A stretch of DNA of 64,000 bases from an uncultured Chloroflexia bacterium (lineage in GTDB: Bacteria > Chloroflexota > Dehalococcoidia > DSTF01 > WHTK01). Each line of letters starts with the position of its first letter. The first letter of the stretch is position 1. This document shows, piece by piece, positions 1-8,806 of the stretch. Where the stretch lies: the NCBI GenBank assembly GCA_963703905.1, contig CAVPFY010000007.1, positions 334,374 to 398,373 on the forward strand, given 5' to 3'. A program made the position numbers and the translations under genes. The notes beneath the pieces are model-generated. The model did not search any database and had not been told where the DNA came from. It saw only the letters and a program-made list of their open reading frames with translations.

Positions 1-804
1 GCGCAGTCCGGCGCCCCGGTCGCGGTCGCTACGATCGTGGCGGCGCCCGAAGGATCGCCCGCCACGGCGGGCGACAAGTTTCTGATGCGCCGTGAAGGCT
101 CCCGCCTGGGAGGCTTTGGCGGCGCGCTCGAAGAGGCCGTGGCCGAAGACGCGATCGCGGCGCTGACGCGGTTTCCGCGCACGGCCACGCAGTCGCTGTA
201 CTACCTGGCCGAGGGCGGCCGCGTCCACCGCCTGGAGGCCAAGGCCGGCGCCGGCGCCTTCGAGGTCATGATCGAGGTAATCGAGGCCCCCGCGACGCTG
301 CTGATCGTCGGCGGCGGGCACATCGGCCTGTCGCTGGCCACGATCGCGGCCCAGACCGGCTTCTCGGTCGCAGTCGTCGACGACCGGGAGATGTTCGCGA
401 ACGCGGAGCGCTTTCCGATGGCCGACAAGGTGATGGCAGGCGACGTCGCCGCACACCTGGACGCCTTCCCCATGACCACGAATACATACGTGGTCATGGT
501 CAGCCGCGGCCACAAGGTGGACGAGTTGGCCATGCGGCATGTCGTCGGCCGCGGCGCCGCCTACGCCGGCATGATCGGCAGTAAGCGCCGCGTGTCGACG
601 GTCCTGCGCCACCTGGCCGAAGAGGGACTGTCGATCGAAGCGCTGGAGGCGGTCTACACTCCCATCGGCCTCGACATCGGCGCCGAGACGCCGGAGGAGA
701 TCGCGGTCTCGATCATGGCGGAGATCATCATGGTGCGGCGCGGCGGCAGGGGCGGCCAGATGCGCGAAGGCCGCCCGGCGATCAAGGCCGAGGCGGCACC
801 CTAG
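1..804 (+). CDS. XdhC/CoxI-family molybdenum hydroxylase maturation factor (5' end runs off the window)
   Basis: ORF 37..804 stays open in frame back to base 1 (AQSGAPVAVATIV...). It has a Rossmann-like LLIVGGGHIGLSLA and a C-terminal PIGLDIGAETPEEIAVSIMAEI, both typical of the XdhC family. Confidence 0.8.
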   Translation, partial: AQSGAPVAVATIVAAPEGSPATAGDKFLMRREGSRLGGFGGALEEAVAEDAIAALTRFPRTATQSLYYLAEGGRVHRLEAKAGAGAFEVMIEVIEAPATLLIVGGGHIGLSLATIAAQTGFSVAVVDDREMFANAERFPMADKVMAGDVAAHLDAFPMTTNTYVVMVSRGHKVDELAMRHVVGRGAAYAGMIGSKRRVSTVLRHLAEEGLSIEALEAVYTPIGLDIGAETPEEIAVSIMAEIIMVRRGGRGGQMREGRPAIKAEAAP

Positions 805-830
805 GCTTACGGACAGGTCCTTCGACAGGG

Positions 831-3581
831 TCAGGACGCGCCCAACTCCCCCAGGCGCTGCTGCGACGCCGCCAGGCGCGACTCGGCCGCGGCCAGCCGG
901 TCGCGGGCGTCCTGGACCACGTTCGCGGGCGCCCGGCCGGTGAAGCTCGCGTTCGATAACTGGGCCCGCAGGCGCTCGACCTCGGCCCCCGCCGCGACGA
1001 GCTGCTTCTCGACGTTCGCGCGTTCGGCCGAGGCGTCGAAGAGTCCCGACAGCGGCAGGATCACGGTGGCGCGGTCGAGCACCGCCGTGGCGACCGAATC
1101 CGAGGGCGCGTCCTGGGCCGATGCCACCAGGTGCAACGGTCGCACTCGCGCCAGGGCCGCGATCGCCGGCGCGTGCGGGGCGAGGTCGTCGCGAGTCACG
1201 ACGTAGGCTTCGATCCAGCGACCGGCATCGATATTGCGCTCGCGGCGCAGGTTGCGGACGGCGCGGACCACGTCCATGACGGCGTCCAGTTCCGCTTCGG
1301 CCGCGGAGTCCAGCCAGGCCCCCGCGGCCTCGGGGTAGGCGGAGACCATGATCGAGGCCGCGTCGGGCTCGGCCAGGTGCTCCCGCAGGTCGCCGGAGCC
1401 GGACCAGATCTCTTCGGTGACGTAGGGCATGTAGGGGTGCAGCAGGCGCAGGGCCGTGTCCAGGCAATGCACCAGCACCGGCAGGGGCGACGCCTCGTCG
1501 CCGGAGCGCAGGCGGACCTTCGCGATCTCCAGGTACCAGTCGCAGAATTCGTCCCAGACGAACTCGTGCATTTCACGCCCGGCCTCGCCCAGGTCGAAAC
1601 GGGCCGAGAAGGCGGTCGGCATCGGCGGTCAGGCGGTCCAGCCTCGACATGATCCAGCGGTCTTCGGCCGGCATCGAGGCGCGCTTGGCAGGGTCGGGGC
1701 GCGGGACGCGCTGCCCGGGCTCCAACTGGCTGAGGACGAAGCGTGAGGCGTTCCAGAGCTTGTTGGCGAAGTTGCGCGCCGCTTCGATGCGAGGCTCCTC
1801 CAGGCGCTGGTCGTTGCCGGTGCCTCCGGCCGTGACCAGCTTGAAGCGCAGGGCGTCAGAGCCGTGGCTTTCGATCAGAAGCTCCGGGTCGACGCCGTTG
1901 CCCTTGGACTTGCTCATGCGCTGACCCTTGTCGTCGCGCACTGTGCCGTGGAAGTAGACGTGCTCGAAGGGCACGTCGTCCATGGCATAGATGCCCATCA
2001 TGATCATGCGCGCCACCCAGAGAAAGATGATGTCGTAGCCCGTCTCCATGACGGACGTCGGGTAGAAGTAGGCGCAGGTCGTCGGTGTGCTCCGGCCAGC
2101 CAAGCGTTGAAAACGGCCACAGCGCCGACGAGAACCATGTGTCGAGCGTGTCCTCATCCTGATGGATGCTCGCGGCGCCGCAGTGCTCGCACTTGTCGGG
2201 GTCGACGACTGCGACGGTCATCTTGCCGCAGGAGTCGCAGTACCAGACGGGGATGCGGTGGCCCCACCAGATCTGGCGGCTGATGCACCAGTCGCGGATG
2301 TTCTCCAGCCAGTTGCGGTACACGCCCAGGTGGCGTTCGGGAATGATCTTGATCTGGGTGGTCTTGCCGGCGGAGTTCGTCCAGCCCTCGTTGACGGCCC
2401 TGAGGGCATCGCCGGCCAGCGAGCGGCCGGAAGCGCCGTAGGCCTTCGTCATCGCCACGAACCACTGCTCGCTGATCAGCGGCTCGACAACGGTGCCGCA
2501 GCGGTCGCAGGTGCCGATCGAGTGCGCGTATGGCTCTTCCTTGACCAGAAGCCCCTGCGCCTTCAGGTCGGCGACGATGGCCTTGCGCGCCTCGAAGCGA
2601 TCCTGGCCCTCGTACGGCCCGGCCTCGGTGGTCATCTTGCCGTCGAAGCCGATGGCCGTGACAACGGGCAGGCCGTGGCGGTCGCCGATCTCGAAGTCGA
2701 GCGGGTCGTGCCCGGGCGTGACCTTGAGGGCGCCGGTGCCGAACTCAGGCTCGATGGCGTCGTCGGTGACGATCGGCACCAGACGGCCAATGACGGGCAC
2801 GCGGGCGCGCAACTTGCCGGCGATGCCCTTGATAACGCCCGTCGCCGGGATGCACGGCGATTGCCGTGTCGGCGACGATGGTCTCCGGTCGCGTGGTCGC
2901 GATCGTGATGAAGGTGCCGGTGTCGGCGCCGGCCTCATCGACCAGCGGGTAACGGACGTGCCAGAGGAAGGATTGCTCCTCTTCGTGCTCGACCTCGAGG
3001 TCGCTGAGGGCGCTCATGCAGTTCGGGCACCAGTTGATGATGCGGTTGCCGCGATAGATCAGGCCGTCATCGAAGAGCTGGCGAAAGATCGTGCGCACCG
3101 CCAGAGCCGGGCCCGGGTCCATGGTGAAGTGCTCTCGCGTCCAGTCGGCCGAGATTCCCAGGCGCTTGTGTTGGGTGAAGATGCGGGCGCGGTTGCGGTT
3201 GACGAAGGCCCAGACGCGCTCCAGGTAGGCCTCGCGGCCGATCTCGCGGCGGTCCAGCCCCTCAGCCTTGAGCTCCGCCTCGACGAGCGCGTTGACCGCG
3301 ATGGCAGCGTGATCGACGCCAGGCAGCCATAAGGCTGGGTCGCCCTTCATGCGGTGCCAGCGGATGAGGATGTCCTCAACCGTGTCCATCATCGCGTGGC
3401 CCAGGTGCAGCTCGCCGGTGAGGTTGGGCGGCGGCATGATGATCGTGAACGGCTCTTTGCCACCCTCGAGCTTCGCCGTGAAATAGCCGGCGCGCTCCCA
3501 GCGCTCGTACAGGGCGCGCTCGACCGCGGCAGGGTTATACGCCTTGGGCATCTCGTGGCGGATTTGCGGGTCTGCGGTCAT
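831..3581 (-). pseudogene. valS: valine--tRNA ligase, split over four ORF fragments by three frameshifts
   Basis: The N-terminus has PPPNLTGELHLGHA, the middle has KMSKSKGN, and the C-terminus is a coiled coil. Fragments 2745..3581, 1856..2938, 1573..2157 and 831..1622 continue one protein, with frame breaks near 2830, 2072 and 1608. Confidence 0.9.
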
Positions 3582-3610
3582 GTCGATGCCTCCAGTCCGG
3601 CGCGCTCATC

Positions 3611-3616
3611 TATCAT
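3611..3616 (+). promoter_or_regulatory. candidate -10 box (TATCAT) 6 nt upstream of the ATG at 3623; possible leaderless mRNA
   Basis: tctatcatcgcggcATG was read directly. No Shine-Dalgarno motif fits in the 6-nt gap. Confidence 0.3.
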
Positions 3617-3622
3617 CGCGGC

Positions 3623-4450
3623 ATGGAACAGAAGAGGCCAGTTATCGTCGTTGACCTCTTTGGCGAAGAGCGTACCCGTCTCCTGGAGCTTCTTAGCCCG
3701 CTCACCGACGCTCAGTGGGCGCTGCCAACAGCGTGCCCCGGCTGGTCCGTCAAGGACATCGCTGCCCACATCCTCGGCGACGACCTCAACAACCTCTCGG
3801 GCGGGCGCGACGGCTTTTCGGCCGCCTGGTTCCAGGGTGACTGGCAGGAACTGGTTGCCTTCGTCAACCAGCGTAACGAGGCCTGGGTCGACTCCCTGCG
3901 ACGGCTGAGCCCGCGCGTTTTGCTGGAGCTGCTCGCGGATAGCGGCGAAAGCGTGGGGACCTATTTCCGCTCGCTGGACCCCATGTCGCCGGGCCCCAAC
4001 GTGGCCTGGGCGGGAGCGGGACCGATGCCCATGTGGCTGCACATCGCCCGCGAATACACGGAACGCTGGCTGCACCAGGCCCACGTGCGCGAGGCCCTGG
4101 GCGCGCCGATGCTCTACGAGCGCCGCCTGTTCTTCCCCGTGCTCGACGCCTTCGTCCACGCGTTGCCCATCGCTTATGGCGCGGTCGACACGCCGCTGGG
4201 GACGGTCGTGGCCGTCGAGATTACGGGTGAAGCCGGCGGCCGCTGGACGCTGCTGCGCGGAACGGCCGGCTGGGAGCTCACGGATAGTGTCGAAACCGGG
4301 CCGTCGGCCCTTGTGCGCCTGGGGCCGGAGACGGCGTGGAAGCTCTGGACCAAAGGCCTGAGCTTTGACGAAGCGCGCCCCAGCGTCCGCGTCGAGGGCG
4401 ATCCTGGTCTCGGAGAGCCGGCCTTGCGCGCCGTTGCCATAATTGCCTGA
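3623..4450 (+). CDS. maleylpyruvate isomerase-family / DinB-like mycothiol-dependent enzyme (TIGR03083-like)
   Basis: The N-terminal LTDAQWALPTACPGWSVKDIAAHILG motif is characteristic of the MDMPI_N/DinB-like fold. The ORF is an intact 275 aa. Confidence 0.7.
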   Translation: MEQKRPVIVVDLFGEERTRLLELLSPLTDAQWALPTACPGWSVKDIAAHILGDDLNNLSGGRDGFSAAWFQGDWQELVAFVNQRNEAWVDSLRRLSPRVLLELLADSGESVGTYFRSLDPMSPGPNVAWAGAGPMPMWLHIAREYTERWLHQAHVREALGAPMLYERRLFFPVLDAFVHALPIAYGAVDTPLGTVVAVEITGEAGGRWTLLRGTAGWELTDSVETGPSALVRLGPETAWKLWTKGLSFDEARPSVRVEGDPGLGEPALRAVAIIA

Positions 4451-4681
4451 ACGTGCGCTTCCAGGGTTGCCGCCTATGGCGGGCGCCTGAGAAACTTTCA
4501 GAGCAGCGATCCACGGATGTCAGAAATGGTCTTGATCCAGGGCCCCTGGCCGGAACCAACGCCTCGAAACCAGGCTTCGAATGGCGCGCCGGAATATAAC
4601 CCGGCCGAAGCGCCGCAGCGCTGGCAGGCGGACCCGGACCATGTCCGCCGCTTCAACCACCGGCCGCCGAAGGGCTTCAGC

Positions 4682-5056
4682 ATGAAGCTGGCCGAGAACG
4701 TGGAGGTGGCCGGTATCTCCCGTCCGGAGACCAGCGCGGCCGCCGCGGCCTTCATGCGGGGGGTGGGCCACGACCTGCGCCTGGACCGCGACCCCGGAAA
4801 TGCGTTCGATGAGCACGCGATCAAGGTCATCGCCCTCTGGCGCGACCACGCCGGCGGCGAGCTCAAGCAAGCGCAGATCGGCTGGCTGCCGGCAGACCTG
4901 GCCCGCCAGGTCGCGGAAGTGGCTGCCGGGCGGCCGCTGGCGGTGGCGCTGCGGGTGATGTTTTTGCCGCGAGAGGGCAACAGCCCCGGCCTGCGCTTCG
5001 ACATCTGGCAGCAGCGCGGCGGCAAGAGGATCTGGAACTGGAAGCGCGCCCACTGA
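4682..5056 (+). CDS. stand-alone HIRAN domain protein
   Basis: VAGISR...LRLDRDPGNAFDEHAIKV...IGWLPADLARQVA matches the HIRAN pattern. The ORF track starts at 4517, but the ATG at 4682 has GAAGGG 9 nt upstream. The start is uncertain. Confidence 0.55.
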   Translation: MKLAENVEVAGISRPETSAAAAAFMRGVGHDLRLDRDPGNAFDEHAIKVIALWRDHAGGELKQAQIGWLPADLARQVAEVAAGRPLAVALRVMFLPREGNSPGLRFDIWQQRGGKRIWNWKRAH

Positions 5057-5170
5057 CCTGCGCGCCGACGCCACCAAAGCGCCGAGATTGCCAAGGCCCC
5101 TCCGCCTATCGACGTCCACGCCTTCGCAATGACAGCGCAGGGTTCCTTCGCTGGGCGGCCAGAATTCGGA

Positions 5171-5200
5171 CCTGAAATGCCGACCGGCCGAAATGCTGAA
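5171..5200 (-). repeat. short tandem 7-8 nt repeats just downstream of the stop of the HesB-like gene
   Basis: The minus-sense reading is ttcagc atttcggc cggtcggc atttcagg. It belongs to the same NNGTC(A/G)GC family as 13128..13171, 21707..21746 and 32394..32430. Confidence 0.5.
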
Positions 5201-5218
5201 GTGCTATTCGGCGCGAGC

Positions 5219-5557
5219 TTAGCGGGCGCCGCAGGAGCAGCCGCCGCCGCAGCCGCCACCACCACATCCACCGCCCTGGAGGCGAGGGTTGCGGATGGTG
5301 AAGCCGGAGCGCAGGTCCTCGGTGAGGTAACCGACCTCGGCGCCGGCCCAGAAGGGTACGCTGAGCTCGTCCACGTGAAGTGATACCCCATCGCTCTCTA
5401 GCACCACGTCCGACTCTTCGGCAGCGGACCAGGACATGCCGTAACGGATCTGACCGTCTACCGGCTGGGCGTAGAGCTTGAGCACCAGGGTTGCGTCATC
5501 CCGATCCTCGATCATTGCCTTGAATCGGTCCATTGCTTCGCGACTGACGTTGATCAT
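5219..5557 (-). CDS. HesB/IscA-like A-type Fe-S carrier homolog with an unusual Gly/Cys-rich C-terminal tail
   Basis: It aligns by eye to IscA (INVSREAMDRFKAMI ... GFTIRNPR). It ends in GGGCGGGGCGGGCSCGAR instead of CGCG and lacks the first conserved Cys. A strong GGAGGA RBS precedes the ATG at 5557. Confidence 0.6.
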   Translation of the reverse strand: MINVSREAMDRFKAMIEDRDDATLVLKLYAQPVDGQIRYGMSWSAAEESDVVLESDGVSLHVDELSVPFWAGAEVGYLTEDLRSGFTIRNPRLQGGGCGGGGCGGGCSCGAR

Positions 5558-5783
5558 CCGGTTCCTCCGAGCGAGAGGGTGTGCGCAGTATTTTCGGCGC
5601 TGCGGGCCGCAATTCGCAAGTGATCGCTTCGTCTATTGTAACCGGCGATCTGAAATATGGACTATGGAATCTGGGTTCGAATCGCAGAATCTGACGACCA
5701 AAGTCTGTGTCGCCGTCCTGTCGCATCGTGCAGGCGGTCCTGAGCCGGCCGCGGCGCGAACCGGGCGGAAGGGAACTGGCGGG

Positions 5784-6392
5784 CTATTCTGGCTGCTTGC
5801 CGGCGAGCAGGGCGCCGATGGCGTTGTAGACGCGCTCCGGCGGAAAGTCATCGGGCGAGATCAGGTGATGAACGCGCAGGCCTTCCCAGGCGCAGATCAG
5901 CAGCAGCGCCAGGCCTTCCGGGTCTACTTCAGGCGGAAGCTGGCCGGCGTCGTACGCGTCCCTCAAGAGCGCCGTGAGGCTGGTGCGCCAGGCGGCGATC
6001 TCGCCCCGCATAATCTCGAGGAACTCGGGCCGCCGCAGTGTTTCGGGTAGAAGCTGTAAGTGGACGTTCGTCATCGCGTCGAAGTTCGGCTCGCGCACGG
6101 AGCCGAACACCGCTTCGCCCAGTCTGGCGACGGCTTCGAGGGGCGCCGGAGTGTCTGCCCTGGCCTGGGCAACAAGGCTGTATGCCTCGGCGCGGGCGCG
6201 CTCGCTGGTGGCCCGCAGGATGTCTTCCTTGCTCGCAAAGTAGCGGTAAAGGGCGCCGTAGCTCAGACCACTCTGCTTGCAGATGTCCTGCATAGTGGTC
6301 TCGTGGTAGCCGCGGAGGGCAAAGCAACTCCAGGCGGCCTCGAGGATTTGGGTGCGGCGGGCTTCGAGATAAGCCTCGCTAACCTTCGGCAA
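5784..6392 (-). CDS. TetR/AcrR family transcriptional regulator
   Basis: N-terminal HTH: ILEAAWSCFALRGYHETTMQDICKQSGLSYGALYRYFASKEDIL. Confidence 0.85.
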   Translation of the reverse strand: MPKVSEAYLEARRTQILEAAWSCFALRGYHETTMQDICKQSGLSYGALYRYFASKEDILRATSERARAEAYSLVAQARADTPAPLEAVARLGEAVFGSVREPNFDAMTNVHLQLLPETLRRPEFLEIMRGEIAAWRTSLTALLRDAYDAGQLPPEVDPEGLALLLICAWEGLRVHHLISPDDFPPERVYNAIGALLAGKQPE

Positions 6393-6401
6393 GGGCGCTC
6401 C

Positions 6402-6632
6402 TTAGCGATGGCCCGCCAACTGGACTTCCCTGAACGCCGCCTGGGCCTCGCTGTCCAGAGCGACCGCGACCCTGAGGACCGCGGCAGCGGCACGGTGGCG
6501 CAGGGAACCCGCGGCGGGCTTTGCTGCCTCCATACTAACGAAGTATTCGAAGCGGTTGCGCTCCTCGGGCGAGATCTTTTGAGTCGCGCTCCAGGCGTGC
6601 ACTGTCTCCGCGAGGTTTCCCCATTCGTACAT
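6402..6632 (-). CDS. small hypothetical protein (76 aa), first gene of the TetR operon
   Basis: A GAAGGGAG RBS lies upstream of the ATG at 6632. A near-consensus promoter sits just upstream, and the stop is 10 nt before the TetR start. Confidence 0.5.
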   Translation of the reverse strand: MYEWGNLAETVHAWSATQKISPEERNRFEYFVSMEAAKPAAGSLRHRAAAAVLRVAVALDSEAQAAFREVQLAGHR

Positions 6633-6672
6633 TTCGGGCTCCCTTCAGCTAAACAAAACTGACCAATCACTT

Positions 6673-6700
6673 TTTATATCGGCAGGTATGGTCTTGTCAA
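6673..6700 (-). promoter_or_regulatory. sigma70-type promoter TTGACA-N16-TATAAA
   Basis: The minus-strand reading is ttgacaagaccatacctgccgatataaa, upstream of ORF 6402..6632. Confidence 0.5.
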
Positions 6701-6723
6701 GAGGGTTGTGTGAAAAAAGTCGA

Positions 6724-7913
6724 TCAGTCCCCGCGGGGAAGGCCGATGCCGCGGGTCGCGATGATCGTGCGCTGGACTTCGCTGGTGCCGCCGGCGATCG
6801 TGCTGCCAACCGATAGCCTGTACATGCGCGTGAAGCGGCCCTGCAGCGCGGCCCACTTCGAGCCCTCCTCGATGACGCCGAAGAGGCCCATCAGCCGCAG
6901 CCCGGTGCGCGTGATCCGCTGGGCCAGCTCCGTGGCGAAGAGCTTGTTCATCGATGCTTCGTAGTTGGGCACCAGCCCCTGCGCCTGCAGGCTGACGACG
7001 CGATGCGCCAGCAGCACCGCGACCGCCGCCTCGATGCCCCGATCGGCGAGTTCCAGGCGTGTGGCCGGGTGCACGTCGATCAGCGCTGCCTTCGACGCGA
7101 GGCTCGCGCGCGAAGCTCGGCCAGCTGTTCGACGGTCACCTGTAGCTCTGTCGTCGACATGATGTTGGAGCGCTCGAAGTCCAGCGTCGTCGTGGCGACC
7201 GACCAGCCTTGATTCGGCGCGCCCAGCATGTCACTTTCGGGCACGCGCACGTTGTCGAAGAAGACCTGGTTGAAGGACGGCACGTCCGCCATGTTCACCA
7301 GCGACTGCACCCGCACGCCGGGGGCCTTCATGTCCAGCAGGAAGCAGGAGATCCCGCGATGCTTGGGCGCCTCCTGGTCCGTGCGCGCCAGAAGGAGCAT
7401 CCGTTGCGCCCGATGTGCGCCCGTGGTCCAGATCTTGGAGCCGTTGATGATAAAGTCGTCGCCGTCCTTGACCGCGGAGGTGCGCAGTCCGGCCAGGTCC
7501 GAACCCGACCCGGGCTCGCTGAAGCCCTGGCACCAGTAAACCTCGCCACTGAGAATGCCGGGTAGGTACTTCGCCTTCTGCTCCGGCGTCCCGTGGGCGA
7601 TGAGGGTCGGCCCGACGATGCCGGTCGCCAGGAAGTTCGCGCGGTGGGCGCCGGCGCGGGCCATCTCCTGATTGAAGATGAACTGGTCGATTACCGAGAG
7701 GCCGGCGCCGCCGTATTCCTTCGGCCACGCCGGCGCCACCCAGCCGCGCGTAGCGAGCCGTCGCAGCCACTCCTGGTCCTTCGGGTCCTCGCCGAGGCCG
7801 ATGCCGAGCACGGTCTCGTCCTGCTGGGCGACGTCCTGCGGCAGCTCTGCCTTGAGGAAAGCGCGCACTTCGGCGCGGAAGCGAGCCTGATCCGGGGTGT
7901 CGCGAAAGTCCAT
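6724..7913 (-). pseudogene. acyl-CoA dehydrogenase family protein, paralog 1 (one frameshift near 7090)
   Basis: Fragments 7080..7913 (MDFRDTPDQARFRAEVRAFL ... PKHRGIS) and 6724..7074 (... AGGTSEVQRTIIATRGIGLPRGD) are collinear with the intact paralogs. Confidence 0.85.
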
Positions 7914-7962
7914 CAGGCCCCTGATGGATGAGCCAAAACGGCTGGAACCACTTCCATCGTCA

Positions 7963-8293
7963 TCAGGCGCTTGTTAGCCGGGCGGCACAAAGGCGGCAAC
8001 CCTCCAGCGTGTATGCACTGATCAGCACTTGATCTCGCGGTGCACCAAACACGATCACAGTGTGGCGCGTCCGGCCTTCCAGACGGACGCTTGCTTCGGT
8101 GAACTCGCGCTGAGTGACAGTGCCGTCTGCCATCAGAAACGGAGTAGTACCTATGGGCTTGAGGCCCAATTCGGCCGGAATCGAGCCGGGCGCCCAGCTA
8201 TATAGGCGATCCTGTATCGACCAATGCTCTTAGAGACCGATACTGCCCGTCGGCCGCCGACTCGATCTCGAGGGGATGCCAGAACACGCCCAT
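7963..8293 (-). pseudogene. retropepsin-like (clan AA) aspartyl protease, frameshifted
   Basis: Hand translation from the ATG at 8293 gives MGVFWHPLEIESAADGQYRSLRALVDTGSPI, then a stop. A +1 shift near 8200 continues into ORF 7963..8169. A DTGS catalytic motif is present. Confidence 0.6.
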
Positions 8294-8314
8294 GCGAATC
8301 TGAGTATAACCTTC

Positions 8315-8761
8315 CTAGGGCCAGCGCCTGGCCACGCGCCGGATGTCCGACGTGCCCAGTCCCTCCCAGATCGCCCAGTGCGCCCGATCGACCATGAACT
8401 CCATCAGGAGGTGGTCCTTGCTGGTCATGCCGATGGCGCGGGCCGCTTCCCAGGCCAGGGCTTCTGATTCGGGGTCGTCCGCGGGGACGGCGCGGCCGTG
8501 GATCAGGAACTCCTCGTCTTTTGGGCCGAGGATGGCGTGCATGGCGTAGCGCGAGTCACGCCCCAGGTTGCGGAACTTGGCCGTGTGCCGGCCGACGAAG
8601 ACGAACAGCCTGCCGCCGTTGATCAGCGGCGTTACCGGGTGGACCGTCGCGGCGCCGTCCGCCGCCGACGTGGCGATGAATGCGTAGCCTTCGCCGAAGC
8701 GCTCTCGGCCGCGTTCGGCCAGGTCGGGCGTGGCAGCGGCAAACTCGCTCCAGCTAAGCAT
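8315..8761 (-). CDS. pyridoxamine 5'-phosphate oxidase-family (split-barrel flavin-binding) protein
   Basis: The size (148 aa) and pattern (ATVHPVTPLINGGRLFVFVGRHTAKFRNL) are typical of PPOX-class proteins. Confidence 0.55.
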   Translation of the reverse strand: MLSWSEFAAATPDLAERGRERFGEGYAFIATSAADGAATVHPVTPLINGGRLFVFVGRHTAKFRNLGRDSRYAMHAILGPKDEEFLIHGRAVPADDPESEALAWEAARAIGMTSKDHLLMEFMVDRAHWAIWEGLGTSDIRRVARRWP

Positions 8762-8806
8762 GTGGAGACTCCCGTGGTGAGGGTGCCGAATTATAAGTCG
8801 CGGAGA

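Noticed and set aside
831-3581. Programmed ribosomal frameshifting or other recoding as an explanation for the split genes.
   Set aside because: The breaks occur in both +1 and -1 directions, several per gene, at unrelated sequence contexts. They lack slippery heptamers or downstream structures. They also affect about 20 unrelated genes.
5650-5720. tRNA-like signal: GGTTCGAATC T-loop motif followed by ...acgacca.
   Set aside because: The T stem has a G-G mismatch. No complementary 5' acceptor strand or anticodon arm can be built from the ~70 nt upstream. At most it is a decayed tRNA 3' fragment, and I could not support even that.
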